Assembly: GCA_043732305.1 (NCBI GenBank)
Contig: JAYTHU010000170.1
Span: forward strand, 6,374 to 70,373
Direction: 5' to 3'
DNA length: 64,000 bases
DNA from: Oligoflexia bacterium
GTDB taxonomy: Bacteria > Bdellovibrionota > Bdellovibrionia > JABDDW01
This document shows, piece by piece, positions 29,469 through 38,835 of this stretch (the stretch's first letter is position 1; every line of letters begins with the position of its first letter). The notes beneath the pieces were generated by a model that was not told where the DNA came from, searched no databases, and worked only from the letters and a program-made list of their open reading frames with translations. The position numbers were made by a program, and so were the translations under genes.

Positions 29469-31465
29469 TTAAGAAAATTGGTTTAGGGTTATTGGCAGTA
29501 TTGATTTTAAATTCGTGCTCCACCGCTCCAACGGAGCCCCAAGCCAAACCAGCCGCTTTAAAAGCGCCACCGAAAGCGCAAAAAGAATATCGCGAAGCTG
29601 TTGATCTTTATCATGCTAAGAAAACTCAAGAAGCACTCAAAAAATTAAGTCATATAGTTCAAGCTTATCCAAACGTCGATTTGGCCAATGAGTCTTATTT
29701 CTTGGTTGGAGAAATTTTCTACGAACAAGCTGACTTTTTCAAAGCTTACCGTTACTGGATGGCGGTTGTGGACAGCCGAAGCTATTCAGAACACTACGCG
29801 AAAGCGTTGGTGGGAGCGGCTCAGTGCCAATCACAATTGGGCCACGGTGAAGAAGCCCTCGCTTTGATTTCAAAATACAAAGTTAAATATCCGGAAGCCG
29901 GCAAAGTTCTTTCCGCCTCTGATCTGAATCTCAATGCTCAAGCTCTAGAACTTTCATCTAAATTAAAACTGCCGCGTGGAATGAATGTTGATGCTCTCAG
30001 AGAAATTCTTTTAGCTAAAACTTTTCGCCGAACACCACAGGACCGTCAAAATCTTCAGATGACAGCTGAAGAAATGATTCGTACTAACTTTAGTCAGGCA
30101 CAACTGCAGAGTGTAGTTGATCAACCCGAATTTACAGATGCCGAAGCCGCGGCGAGATTTCGTATTGGCGTTTTAAACTACGAAGCTAAATCTTGGCCTG
30201 CCGCCAAAGCACAGTTTGATATTGTAACCACAAAGTTTCCTAATTCCGAATATGCTCTGAAAGCTCAGCAGTACCACGCGTTTGTTGAATCTCAAGAACG
30301 TATTGATTCTAACACTATCGGCGTGATTTTACCTCTCACGGGCAAATATTCAGCCCAAGGCTATAAAGTTTTACGTGGCATAGAAATGGCGGCCGGGGTT
30401 TTTGGTCACAGTGGTTCTCCAGTAAAACTCGCGGTTGTGGATAGCGAAGGCAATCCTGAAGTTGTGAAACAAGCTGTTGATCGATTGGTGACCGAAGATC
30501 ATGTGGTTGCGATCATCGGAGATATCGCTGCTAAAACGGCACAAGTGGTTTCTCAAAGGGCTCAAGAGTTGGGTGTTCCAAATATCACACTTTCGCAAAA
30601 ACAAGGTCTGACCGAAATTGGAAACTTCATTTTCAGAAATAATCTAACACCAGATATGCAAATGCGCGCCCTCGTGAAGTACGCCATGGAAGTTCGCGGA
30701 TACAAAAAATTTGCGATTATCTATTCTAACGATGCTTACGGAACGGAATACGCTTCTGCTTTTTGGGACTATGTGCGATCTCGCGGTGGGAAAATCACCG
30801 CGGCTCAAACTTATGCTCCAAATGAAACTGACTTCAGGCATGCGGTCCAACGTTTAGTGGGCACATATTATTTTGATGAGGACCGAGGTCCAGAATTAAA
30901 AGTTCGACTGCAAGATTGGAAAAAGGAACAAACAAAAAAAGGCACCAAAGAGAAATCACCGAAAGATATTCTCCCTCCGATTGTGGATTTCGATGCGATC
31001 TTTATTCCGGATAGTCCAAAAGCCTTGGGACAAATAGCGCCAATGCTTTCATACAACGACGTCGATAAAATTCCTTTGATCGGAACCAATCTTTGGAACA
31101 CTTCACAGACCTTGGATAGAGCTGCAAAATTTGTGGATCACTCCCTTTTTATTGACGAATTTTTTACCCAGGACACGAGTTCAACCACAAAAAAATTCAC
31201 AGCAGATTTTCAAAATCAGTTTGGTTACAGCCCCGATGTTTTCGAGATTCAGGGCTTTGATTCTGCCCAAATTCTAATTTCCGTTCTGCAAACTTCCAGT
31301 ATTTCTTCCCGAAATTCTATGCGCGAAAATCTAGCTAGAGCCAGCCGTGTGCCAGGCGCTCTGGGTTTTCTCAACATGACACAATCTCGGGATATAGAAA
31401 AAAACCTTATTCCACTAACCGTTCGCAACGGTCAAATCGTCAAAGCAGACAACGAGTCTCCCTAG
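29465..31465 (+). CDS. Lipoprotein with N-terminal TPR-like domain and C-terminal type-1 periplasmic binding protein (LivK-like) domain; LpoA-like architecture
   Basis: Lipoprotein signal [22 protein letters not shown]-like helical N-half. C-half has [28 protein letters not shown]...[23 protein letters not shown]...VVAIIGDI (Leu/Ile/Val-binding-protein fold). 4-nt overlap with the dnaJ stop. Confidence 0.55.
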   Translation: MIKKIGLGLLAVLILNSCSTAPTEPQAKPAALKAPPKAQKEYREAVDLYHAKKTQEALKKLSHIVQAYPNVDLANESYFLVGEIFYEQADFFKAYRYWMAVVDSRSYSEHYAKALVGAAQCQSQLGHGEEALALISKYKVKYPEAGKVLSASDLNLNAQALELSSKLKLPRGMNVDALREILLAKTFRRTPQDRQNLQMTAEEMIRTNFSQAQLQSVVDQPEFTDAEAAARFRIGVLNYEAKSWPAAKAQFDIVTTKFPNSEYALKAQQYHAFVESQERIDSNTIGVILPLTGKYSAQGYKVLRGIEMAAGVFGHSGSPVKLAVVDSEGNPEVVKQAVDRLVTEDHVVAIIGDIAAKTAQVVSQRAQELGVPNITLSQKQGLTEIGNFIFRNNLTPDMQMRALVKYAMEVRGYKKFAIIYSNDAYGTEYASAFWDYVRSRGGKITAAQTYAPNETDFRHAVQRLVGTYYFDEDRGPELKVRLQDWKKEQTKKGTKEKSPKDILPPIVDFDAIFIPDSPKALGQIAPMLSYNDVDKIPLIGTNLWNTSQTLDRAAKFVDHSLFIDEFFTQDTSSTTKKFTADFQNQFGYSPDVFEIQGFDSAQILISVLQTSSISSRNSMRENLARASRVPGALGFLNMTQSRDIEKNLIPLTVRNGQIVKADNESP

Positions 31466-31657
31466 ACTAAAATCAAGAGGATTTTGGAACAGGGCATTAA
31501 AAATGACTCAATTAAAGTTGTCTGTTCTTGTATTTTTTTAGTGACATAAATACATGGTCAGAATACAAAACTTACAAAGTCTGTACGTTATTATCGTTTA
31601 GGGGGGTTTTAGCAGTTCCAGTTTCGCTATCAACATTTTACGCTAGGGGGGGAAACC

Positions 31658-32023
31658 ATGCGTGCGAAAGAAATGGATAAGTTTAGAAAGTTACTCGTGT
31701 TCCAAAAAGAGGAGCTTCTCAATAACACTCGGAAGCTAATCAGAGAAGAGGCTTCACATAGCCCAGATGATCTAGCTGACGAAGCCGATCTAGCAGTGAG
31801 CGGGGTCATTCAAAATTTGACCCTGAGACTACGTGACCGCGAGAGAGTTTTGCTTTTGAAAATCGAGGGGGCCTTGGGGAAAATCGAAAATGGCTCTTAC
31901 GGCGTTTGCGATTGCTGCGAAGAAGACATTGAGGCTAAACGCCTTGAAGCTCGACCTGTCGCCACCATGTGCATCACTTGCAAAGAAGAGCAAGAACACA
32001 AAGAACGGGTATTTGCATATTGA
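31658..32023 (+). CDS. DksA/TraR-family C4 zinc-finger protein
   Basis: 121 aa with a coiled-coil N-terminus. C-terminal GSYGVCDCCEEDIEAKRLEARPVATMCITC (CxxC-x17-CxxC). Confidence 0.7.
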   Translation: MRAKEMDKFRKLLVFQKEELLNNTRKLIREEASHSPDDLADEADLAVSGVIQNLTLRLRDRERVLLLKIEGALGKIENGSYGVCDCCEEDIEAKRLEARPVATMCITCKEEQEHKERVFAY

Positions 32024-32038
32024 GAATTACAAATGGAA

Positions 32039-32075
32039 ACGCCGTACTCTAAAAAGTACGGCGTATTTTTTTTCT
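32039..32075 (+). terminator. Rho-independent terminator between the convergent DksA-like genes
   Basis: ACGCCGTAC-tctaaaaa-GTACGGCGT stem followed by ATTTTTTTTT. Confidence 0.65.
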
Positions 32076-32080
32076 TAAAG

Positions 32081-32509
32081 TTATTTAGCGTATTTGCGAT
32101 TGATAGCTTCGCGGATCTCGGCACCTTCGATGCTCAACCGCGTCCATGGAATGGCAAGTAGTCTTTGAGGCTCGATAGGCTCATCTGTCTCTTCGCAATT
32201 GCCGTAGGCTCCGCGTTCGACTCTATCTAAAGCATTTTCGATTTCTAGAAGCTGATTTCGCAATCGTGAATTCATCGCGAGAGAACTTTGCTCAGCAATA
32301 TGACGGCTCGACATGTCTGCTTCATCACCCGTCGTTTCCAGAACGACAATCTCTAATCGCATTTGCGCAAAACGATTTAGAATCTCGGTTTTCGTTTCTA
32401 ATAATTTCTTTTTACAATCGAGAATCAATGCAGGAGTAATCTTAGCCATCTTTTTAGATGGTTGTGGTTTTGAAGTCGGAACGACTTTCATTTTTGCAGG
32501 CATATCCAT
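32081..32509 (-). CDS. DksA/TraR-family paralog lacking the Cys4 zinc finger
   Basis: 142 aa. Coiled coil plus DksA-like C-terminus (ERGAYGNCEETDEPIEPQRLLAIPWTRLSIEG) with a single Cys. Convergent with the other DksA-like gene. Confidence 0.6.
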   Translation of the reverse strand: MDMPAKMKVVPTSKPQPSKKMAKITPALILDCKKKLLETKTEILNRFAQMRLEIVVLETTGDEADMSSRHIAEQSSLAMNSRLRNQLLEIENALDRVERGAYGNCEETDEPIEPQRLLAIPWTRLSIEGAEIREAINRKYAK

Positions 32510-32758
32510 ATCCCCCTATGAAAAAATCAATCTCATCCCCATGAGATCTTCCGTTTATTGTATGCACGAGCTAGACATTTGGCACGGCAATTTTAAATTA
32601 CGAAGTAAATCTCGTCTAAGGTCGTGGGTTATTGTTGAAGCCGCCAAATTCTTGGCAGAGCAAGAGACCGGAAATGTGGTCCAGAGGTAGAATTCCGCTC
32701 ATTTCGCTTATTAATTTTTAATCAGCTCCGATGAAGTACTTAGAAACAACTGACTCTT

Positions 32759-35203
32759 TTGGAGGCACACAAAATGACTTTCGACGACAAATCACTTGAG
32801 ATTCCTGAAACAATGCCCATGCTGCCGGTACGGGATATCGTTGTCTTTCCATACTCTGTACTCCCGCTCTTCGTAGGCAGAGATGCTTCCGTAAAAGCAG
32901 TGGAAGAAGCATTGCTAGATAAAAACCGACTCATCTTCTTGGCTTCTCAAAAAGAAATCACTGAAGAGAATCCTTCGGCCGACACCATCTACAATGTCGG
33001 AACAATCGCAATGATCATGCGAATGAAGAAACTCCCCGATGGACGAGTGAAAATTCTCATTCAGGGTGTCGCGAAAGGCAAAATTGAAAGCTTCGCGCAA
33101 ACCGAACCTCACTATGTGGTGAAAGTCACAAAGCTTGAGGAAGGATCATCCACTGTACCTAGTATTGAAGTGGAAGCCCTGATCAGAACAGTGAAAGAAA
33201 ATCTTGAGAAAATTATTTCTCTCGGCAAAGTTCTCTCACCTGATATTTTGATGATCTTAGAAGATGTCACTGATCCCGGTCGCATTGCAGATTTAGTCGC
33301 CAGCAACTTGGGATTAAAAGTTATTGATGCACAATCGATTCTTGAAACCATAAATCATCGTGAGAGATTAAAACTCGTCAACGATTTCTTAGTGAAAGAA
33401 TTAGAATTGCTCGCTATGCAAGCACGCATCCGATCACAAGCTAAAGACGAAATGACTCGCTCACAGAAAGAATATTTCTTGCGTGAACAATTACGCGCTA
33501 TCAAATCTGAACTTGGCGAACAAGATTCTAAGGCGGAGGAAATAGACGAATTACGTGAAAAGGTAGAAGCCTGCAATATGCCCGAAGCCACCGAGAAAGA
33601 AGCTCTGAAGCAAGTTTCTCGCCTGGAAAGAATGCATCCCGATGCCTCTGAAGCTACTATGGTCAGAACCTATATTGACTGGTTAGTGGATATGCCTTGG
33701 TCTAAATCATCTGAAGACAATTTTGATTTAGAAAGAGCGCAAGCTATTCTAGATGAAGATCATTTTGATTTGAAAAAAATCAAAGATCGTATTTTAGAAT
33801 TCATGGCCGTCCGAAAGCTCAAACACAAAATGAAGGGTCCCATCCTTTGTTTCGCAGGTCCCCCTGGAGTTGGTAAAACTTCTCTTGGAAAAAGCATTGC
33901 ACGTTCGATGGGCCGTCAGTTTGTACGCATCTCACTCGGCGGAGTCAAAGACGAAGCTGAAATCCGTGGACACAGACGCACTTATGTTGGAGCGATGCCC
34001 GGGAAAATTGCACAAGCACTTAAACAAGCTGGAACCAACAATCCTATTTTTCTGCTCGATGAAATCGATAAGATGGGTGCAGACTTCAAAGGTGATCCTT
34101 CATCGGCGATGCTCGAAGTTTTGGATCCTGAGCAGAACTCAACTTTCCGTGATCACTATCTGAATTTAGATTTCGATTTGAGCAATGTCATGTTCCTTGC
34201 AACTGCTAACGTGCTCGAAACTATTCCTCAGGCTTTAAGAGATCGAATGGAAATCATTCAGCTCTCTGGATACAGCGAAGAAGAAAAATTAATTATCGCT
34301 CGCAAGTATCTTGTGAAAAAGCAAATGGAAGAAAACGGAATCACTGAAAATAACATTGAGTTCACAGACGAGGGTTTAGCTAAGGTCATCTCTAGCTACA
34401 CTCGTGAAGCAGGCTTACGTAATCTCGAGCGTGAGATTGGTAGCGTATGCCGAAAAATTGCTAAAGACGTAGCTCAAGGTAAACAAGAAAAAGTTATCAT
34501 CACGGCCAAAGTTGTTGAAAAACTCTTAGGTGCTGAGAAACACATGCATGAAGATATCATGGAAAAAAATGAAGTTGGAGTCGCAACCGGTCTTGCTTGG
34601 ACACAAGTGGGCGGAGAGATTCTCTACATCGAGGCCACCAAAATGAAGGGCAAAGGTCATCTGACTTTGACTGGGCAGCTTGGAGACGTCATGAAGGAAT
34701 CAGCATCTGCAGCTCTAAGTTTTATCAAGAGCCATGCAGAAGGTTTCAACATTCCTGATAGTTTCTTTACCGATTATGACATTCACATTCATCTTCCCGC
34801 AGGAGCTATCCCCAAAGATGGTCCCTCAGCCGGAATCACTTTGACCACAGCTATGGTGAGTTTAATCACCGGGATTCCTGTGCGAAGAGATGTCGCGATG
34901 ACAGGTGAAGTGACTCTGCTCGGAAAAGTTCTTCCCATCGGTGGACTCAAAGAAAAATCTTTGGCCGCGATGAGACACGGGGTTAAGGATGTTTTGATTC
35001 CTTTCCGTAATGTGAAAGACTTAGAAGAGATCCCTGAAGAATTTAGAAAGAAACTAAACTTCATTCCTGTGAAGAGTATCTTTGAAGTTCTCGATGTGGC
35101 TCTTGAGAGAAAAGTTTCTTACCACCACGTGAAAGAAATTGGCATCGCGAGTGGAACGGCCGGCGGAAAACGTAAAAATCGCCTGGTTGCAGGCGCAGCT
35201 TAA
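32759..35203 (+). CDS. lon: ATP-dependent Lon protease
   Basis: Lon N-domain (LPVRDIVVFP), AAA+ Walker A GPPGVGKTS, and proteolytic domain with PKDGPSAGIT (catalytic Ser). 814 aa. Confidence 0.9.
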   Translation: MEAHKMTFDDKSLEIPETMPMLPVRDIVVFPYSVLPLFVGRDASVKAVEEALLDKNRLIFLASQKEITEENPSADTIYNVGTIAMIMRMKKLPDGRVKILIQGVAKGKIESFAQTEPHYVVKVTKLEEGSSTVPSIEVEALIRTVKENLEKIISLGKVLSPDILMILEDVTDPGRIADLVASNLGLKVIDAQSILETINHRERLKLVNDFLVKELELLAMQARIRSQAKDEMTRSQKEYFLREQLRAIKSELGEQDSKAEEIDELREKVEACNMPEATEKEALKQVSRLERMHPDASEATMVRTYIDWLVDMPWSKSSEDNFDLERAQAILDEDHFDLKKIKDRILEFMAVRKLKHKMKGPILCFAGPPGVGKTSLGKSIARSMGRQFVRISLGGVKDEAEIRGHRRTYVGAMPGKIAQALKQAGTNNPIFLLDEIDKMGADFKGDPSSAMLEVLDPEQNSTFRDHYLNLDFDLSNVMFLATANVLETIPQALRDRMEIIQLSGYSEEEKLIIARKYLVKKQMEENGITENNIEFTDEGLAKVISSYTREAGLRNLEREIGSVCRKIAKDVAQGKQEKVIITAKVVEKLLGAEKHMHEDIMEKNEVGVATGLAWTQVGGEILYIEATKMKGKGHLTLTGQLGDVMKESASAALSFIKSHAEGFNIPDSFFTDYDIHIHLPAGAIPKDGPSAGITLTTAMVSLITGIPVRRDVAMTGEVTLLGKVLPIGGLKEKSLAAMRHGVKDVLIPFRNVKDLEEIPEEFRKKLNFIPVKSIFEVLDVALERKVSYHHVKEIGIASGTAGGKRKNRLVAGAA

Positions 35204-35209
35204 GCTTTT

Positions 35210-35728
35210 TTAGTTATCAATTTCGGGAAAATAAAAGTTATCGATATTTTGCTCAGAGCTACTTAGGCTCTGAGCTTTTTTTTCATCCGCAGCTTTTTGT
35301 GCGACGTATTGATCAGATTGTTTTTCTAAAAGATTCACCAACATATTCAGATCTAAAATTTGCTCTTTTAGAATACCTATTTGCTCTTCTTTTTCTTGCA
35401 GAATCTTGGCATACGCAGATTTAAGCTCTTCGACCAAACGATTGGCAGAAGTCAAAACCGAAGCTTCAATATAGTTATCAGAATGGCTTGCAGAAATGGG
35501 AAGCGGAGCGGCGTATGTGGACGATTGAGTTTTCATGTGCTGGAGTGGAACGTGGGCAGGCGCGTAGCTCATCGGCGCGCCAATCTCATCGCCATCGAGA
35601 ATAAAATATTTGCCGCCATCTAATTTAAAGAGGATGGCATTATTTTTAATGCGACGTCTTAATGTGGATAAGCTAATATTATATTTACTTGAGTATTCAA
35701 AAAGCGGAATCCAGTTTTGAGATGCCAT
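35210..35728 (-). CDS. Hypothetical DNA-binding protein (N-terminal HTH-like segment plus C-terminal coiled coil)
   Basis: Start chosen at MASQNWIPLFEYSSKYNISLSTLRRRIKNNAILF (HTH-like). C-terminal heptad-rich LKEQILDLNMLVNLLEKQ. The ORF-track ORF extends upstream to 35938. Confidence 0.4.
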   Translation of the reverse strand: MASQNWIPLFEYSSKYNISLSTLRRRIKNNAILFKLDGGKYFILDGDEIGAPMSYAPAHVPLQHMKTQSSTYAAPLPISASHSDNYIEASVLTSANRLVEELKSAYAKILQEKEEQIGILKEQILDLNMLVNLLEKQSDQYVAQKAADEKKAQSLSSSEQNIDNFYFPEIDN

Positions 35729-35800
35729 TGGCAGCCCCCTTTGACTATTCAAAGAATAACACCGAGCGGCCATTTGTAAAATACAATTAAGGGAACAACC

Positions 35801-36997
35801 GTGATTAGGCTCAAAAATAAGAAAAAAATCGCTCTCGTCCTTAGTGGAGGCGGAGTCAAAGCCGCCGCCTTTCACGTTGGGGTTTGTATAGCCCTTCAAG
35901 AAAAGGGCTTCAAATTTGCTGGAGGCACCAGAGAACAAGTGGAAGAAAGCTCACTTGCTCATGACCCCATGGCGATCAAAACTTACGTGGGATCAAGCGC
36001 CGGTGCATTTATTTCGGCTTTACTCGCTGCCGGACATAGCATTGAGGATATAGTCGCAAGCTTTCAGATGGGAGCAGGCCTTGTTAAGAGGCCGACCAAA
36101 AAATCTCGGATCAAGCCAATCAGCTACTTCGACATCTTCTCTGCCAATCAACCGAAGCTTGGAACTATCTTAAGCTTATTTAAACGAAAAAATCTTATCT
36201 CAGGAGGCTTCGAAGCAGCTCTCAAAAACAATTTTAAAGTAAACGGGTTATTCACCACCCGCAGTCTTGAACGCTATTTAAGAAAATACGTACTGCCCAC
36301 AAATTCCTTTTCAGAACTTGGTGCCGAGTTTTATGCTGTAGCGACATTTTTAGATTATTCCAGAAAAGCTATTTTTGGCCCGTCCACTAATACCACCAAA
36401 AAAGATCCCTCCATTTCTTATTACAATGATGTTTCCATCAGTGACGCCGTCGCGGCATCGATGAGCTTGCCACCTGTTTTTGCTCCCTACCCCATTAAAA
36501 ATTCTCAAGGCAAAATGATCTATTATTTTGATGGAGAGATTAGAGAAACCCTTTCAACCCATGTCGCTAAAGATGTTGGCGCAGATTTGATCATCGCGAG
36601 TTATTCAATTCAGCCATACGAATACACAGAAGAAGTTGGCTCTCTGAGCCAGTTTGGTTTGCCTTTGATCATGAACCAAGCCCTGTATCAAGTGGTTGAG
36701 CAAAAAATTGCACGCGGCCTCGAGGCACGCGAAGATATTCGTACATTGATCAGCACCGTGAATGGCTATTTCAAAGAAAATGGTCTGCCACCAGAACATG
36801 GCGAAAAACTTTTAGAAATCATGTGTCGCAAAGTGAATTACAAACGCGACATCGATTATATTTATATTCATCCGCGCGGTGAAAATTATGAAATGTTCTT
36901 TGTAGATCATTTTTCTCTGAATCCAGAAATTTTAAGTCGAATCGTAAAGATTGGATTTAAATCGGCGATCAATGTTTTGAGAAAATATCACATTTAA
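35801..36997 (+). CDS. Patatin-like phospholipase
   Basis: LSGGGVKAAAF (oxyanion GGxK), GSSAG (GxSxG) and FDGEI (DGA/G Asp). Confidence 0.8.
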   Translation: MIRLKNKKKIALVLSGGGVKAAAFHVGVCIALQEKGFKFAGGTREQVEESSLAHDPMAIKTYVGSSAGAFISALLAAGHSIEDIVASFQMGAGLVKRPTKKSRIKPISYFDIFSANQPKLGTILSLFKRKNLISGGFEAALKNNFKVNGLFTTRSLERYLRKYVLPTNSFSELGAEFYAVATFLDYSRKAIFGPSTNTTKKDPSISYYNDVSISDAVAASMSLPPVFAPYPIKNSQGKMIYYFDGEIRETLSTHVAKDVGADLIIASYSIQPYEYTEEVGSLSQFGLPLIMNQALYQVVEQKIARGLEAREDIRTLISTVNGYFKENGLPPEHGEKLLEIMCRKVNYKRDIDYIYIHPRGENYEMFFVDHFSLNPEILSRIVKIGFKSAINVLRKYHI

Positions 36998-37101
36998 GTT
37001 TTCTTCATATTTATGAACTTCATGTTATTTATTTAAACTTTTCTTGAATTAAATTCCAAATCTTACAAAAAATTTCTTTATCTACAAGAGCCTTCTCCAG
37101 G

Positions 37102-37126
37102 AGCTCGGAAGGTCCCGGCTGTTTTT
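37102..37126 (+). terminator. Probable rho-independent terminator downstream of the patatin gene
   Basis: AGCtCGG-aaggtc-CCGGCT hairpin followed by GTTTTT. Confidence 0.45.
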
Positions 37127-37184
37127 AGCCCCTGGCACATGTGTTGCTTTTACACATAATGGGGTAATAAAAATAGGGGGAAGA

Positions 37185-38753
37185 ATGATCAAGGGGATTT
37201 CTGCGTCCATTGTATTTTTTATTTTCTTTTGTTTCGTCTCGGTCATTACAAACTCTGCTTTCGCTTCCGGCGAATGCAAAGACATATTAGGAGCATCGCT
37301 CAATCCACTTTGGGTCATGTCGAAACTTGATGATATCAAGAGCACGGAGACCCCATCAGAACGACGAGTGCGTGACGCCACAGCAAACTACGGATTTGAA
37401 GCAGTGGCACTGAACAATGAAGTTCTAAAGTTTGATACTCTTTACACCAAGACCGTTTATCCGACAGATACTGTCGACCAATCATATTCCGGGACATGTT
37501 GGATATTTGCCCAGTTAAATGTCTATCGAACAAGTATGGTCAAAGCAGGATTAGTTCTCCCGGAGTTTAAATTCTCAACTAACTTTGTGCATTTTTTCGA
37601 TATGTTAGAAAAATCAAACACTCGACTAGTAGAAGCAATGCTTGCAGCTGAAAAATTCTCGACTGAAATAGAAATCTATAGAGAAGTTCGTGCTGAGATC
37701 GGGCGCGTGAGCGACGGCGGATGGAGCAACTACCTTCCTCAATTGGTAGAAAAATATGGACTGGTTCCCTATCAGTCCATGCCAGATACTTACGCTACAC
37801 AATATTCCGATGTGATGATCAATGAAGTGAACAGGCAAGTAAGCAATGTCATTCACCAAATTATTCAAAAAAGTATTGATCTCAAGTTAGATAGATCACT
37901 GAACCGCACAGCACGCATGGCTGAGATGCTTAAGATTAAAGAAATCGGCATGAGCGCCGTAACTAAAATTTTAGTGACTCACCTCGGGCATCCCCCCTCT
38001 GAAGTGGACACGTCTTTAAACTACGCCGTTAAAAAAAGCGGCAAAGTTCTCAAAACAAGTTTGATGCTGATTAAAAATATGTCGCCAACTCAGTTCGCAC
38101 GTAAAATCGTGGAATTTAATAAAGATGATTTTGTGGTGATCAGACACTATCCGTCATTGGCGCCAGGCCACTACGTTGTCAAAAGAAGCTCAATCGGAAT
38201 AACTAGCGGGACTGAAACCAAATACGATCTGCATTTTTTAAATCTTCGATCAGGAAACGGCGCAGATCGAATGCAACAGCTGGTCATGAAATCAATCAAT
38301 GCGGGAATCGCCGTTGAATTTTCAGCTGACATTGGGCAGAACGCTTATTCGCCGTATGGGATTTTGGATCCGAAAATATATGATCGCGAAGGTTTATATG
38401 GATTGTCTTCTGAGGAGCGTGGGGAAGAATTATCTAAACGCTACGAACTTTTGCTGGGGGAAACATCTCCCGCTCATGCGATGGTCTTCACTGGCTATGA
38501 TGCTCGCGATGGCAAAGGCAAACCTCCGAGACGTTTTCTCGTAAAAAACTCCTGGGGTATTTATGTTGGAGCAAAAATGGAAGGCGAAAAAAATAAATCA
38601 GTACAAGACGGCGATTTCCACATGAACCGTTCCTGGTTTGATAAATATGTTTTTGACATCAACGTCCCTCGCCGCATGCTCAATAAAAAAGAACACTCCG
38701 TGCTTGAAGACAAACCCCAGGTGATCTCCTACGAAGATTTTAGCGAACTGTAA
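37185..38753 (+). CDS. Secreted papain-family (C1) cysteine peptidase, aminopeptidase C/bleomycin-hydrolase-like
   Basis: Signal peptide. SYSGTCWIFAQLN (QxxxGxCW active-site Cys), HAMVFTGYD (His) and VKNSWG (Asn-Ser-Trp-Gly). C-terminus ...YEDFSEL, as in PepC. Confidence 0.75.
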   Translation: MIKGISASIVFFIFFCFVSVITNSAFASGECKDILGASLNPLWVMSKLDDIKSTETPSERRVRDATANYGFEAVALNNEVLKFDTLYTKTVYPTDTVDQSYSGTCWIFAQLNVYRTSMVKAGLVLPEFKFSTNFVHFFDMLEKSNTRLVEAMLAAEKFSTEIEIYREVRAEIGRVSDGGWSNYLPQLVEKYGLVPYQSMPDTYATQYSDVMINEVNRQVSNVIHQIIQKSIDLKLDRSLNRTARMAEMLKIKEIGMSAVTKILVTHLGHPPSEVDTSLNYAVKKSGKVLKTSLMLIKNMSPTQFARKIVEFNKDDFVVIRHYPSLAPGHYVVKRSSIGITSGTETKYDLHFLNLRSGNGADRMQQLVMKSINAGIAVEFSADIGQNAYSPYGILDPKIYDREGLYGLSSEERGEELSKRYELLLGETSPAHAMVFTGYDARDGKGKPPRRFLVKNSWGIYVGAKMEGEKNKSVQDGDFHMNRSWFDKYVFDINVPRRMLNKKEHSVLEDKPQVISYEDFSEL

Positions 38754-38835
38754 TTCTAAGTCCTTGTTTTAACGAAGGAAAATACTAGTCCAGGTCTTCC
38801 CCTTGAAAGCCGATAGAATAGGGTGGGGGAACATG

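Noticed and set aside
37099-37140. Partial resemblance of CCAGGAGCTCGGAAGGTCCCGGCTG to the SRP (4.5S) RNA helix-8 motif CCAGGUCAGGUCCGGAAGGAAGCAGC
   Set aside because: Only a loose match. The rest of a 4.5S-like helix 8 is absent. The same nucleotides form a simple hairpin plus T-run, which is better explained as the terminator of the patatin gene.
37082-37381. 99 aa minus-strand ORF overlapping the start of the C1 peptidase gene
   Set aside because: It overlaps the signal-peptide region of a well-supported plus-strand gene. It has no RBS or motif support.
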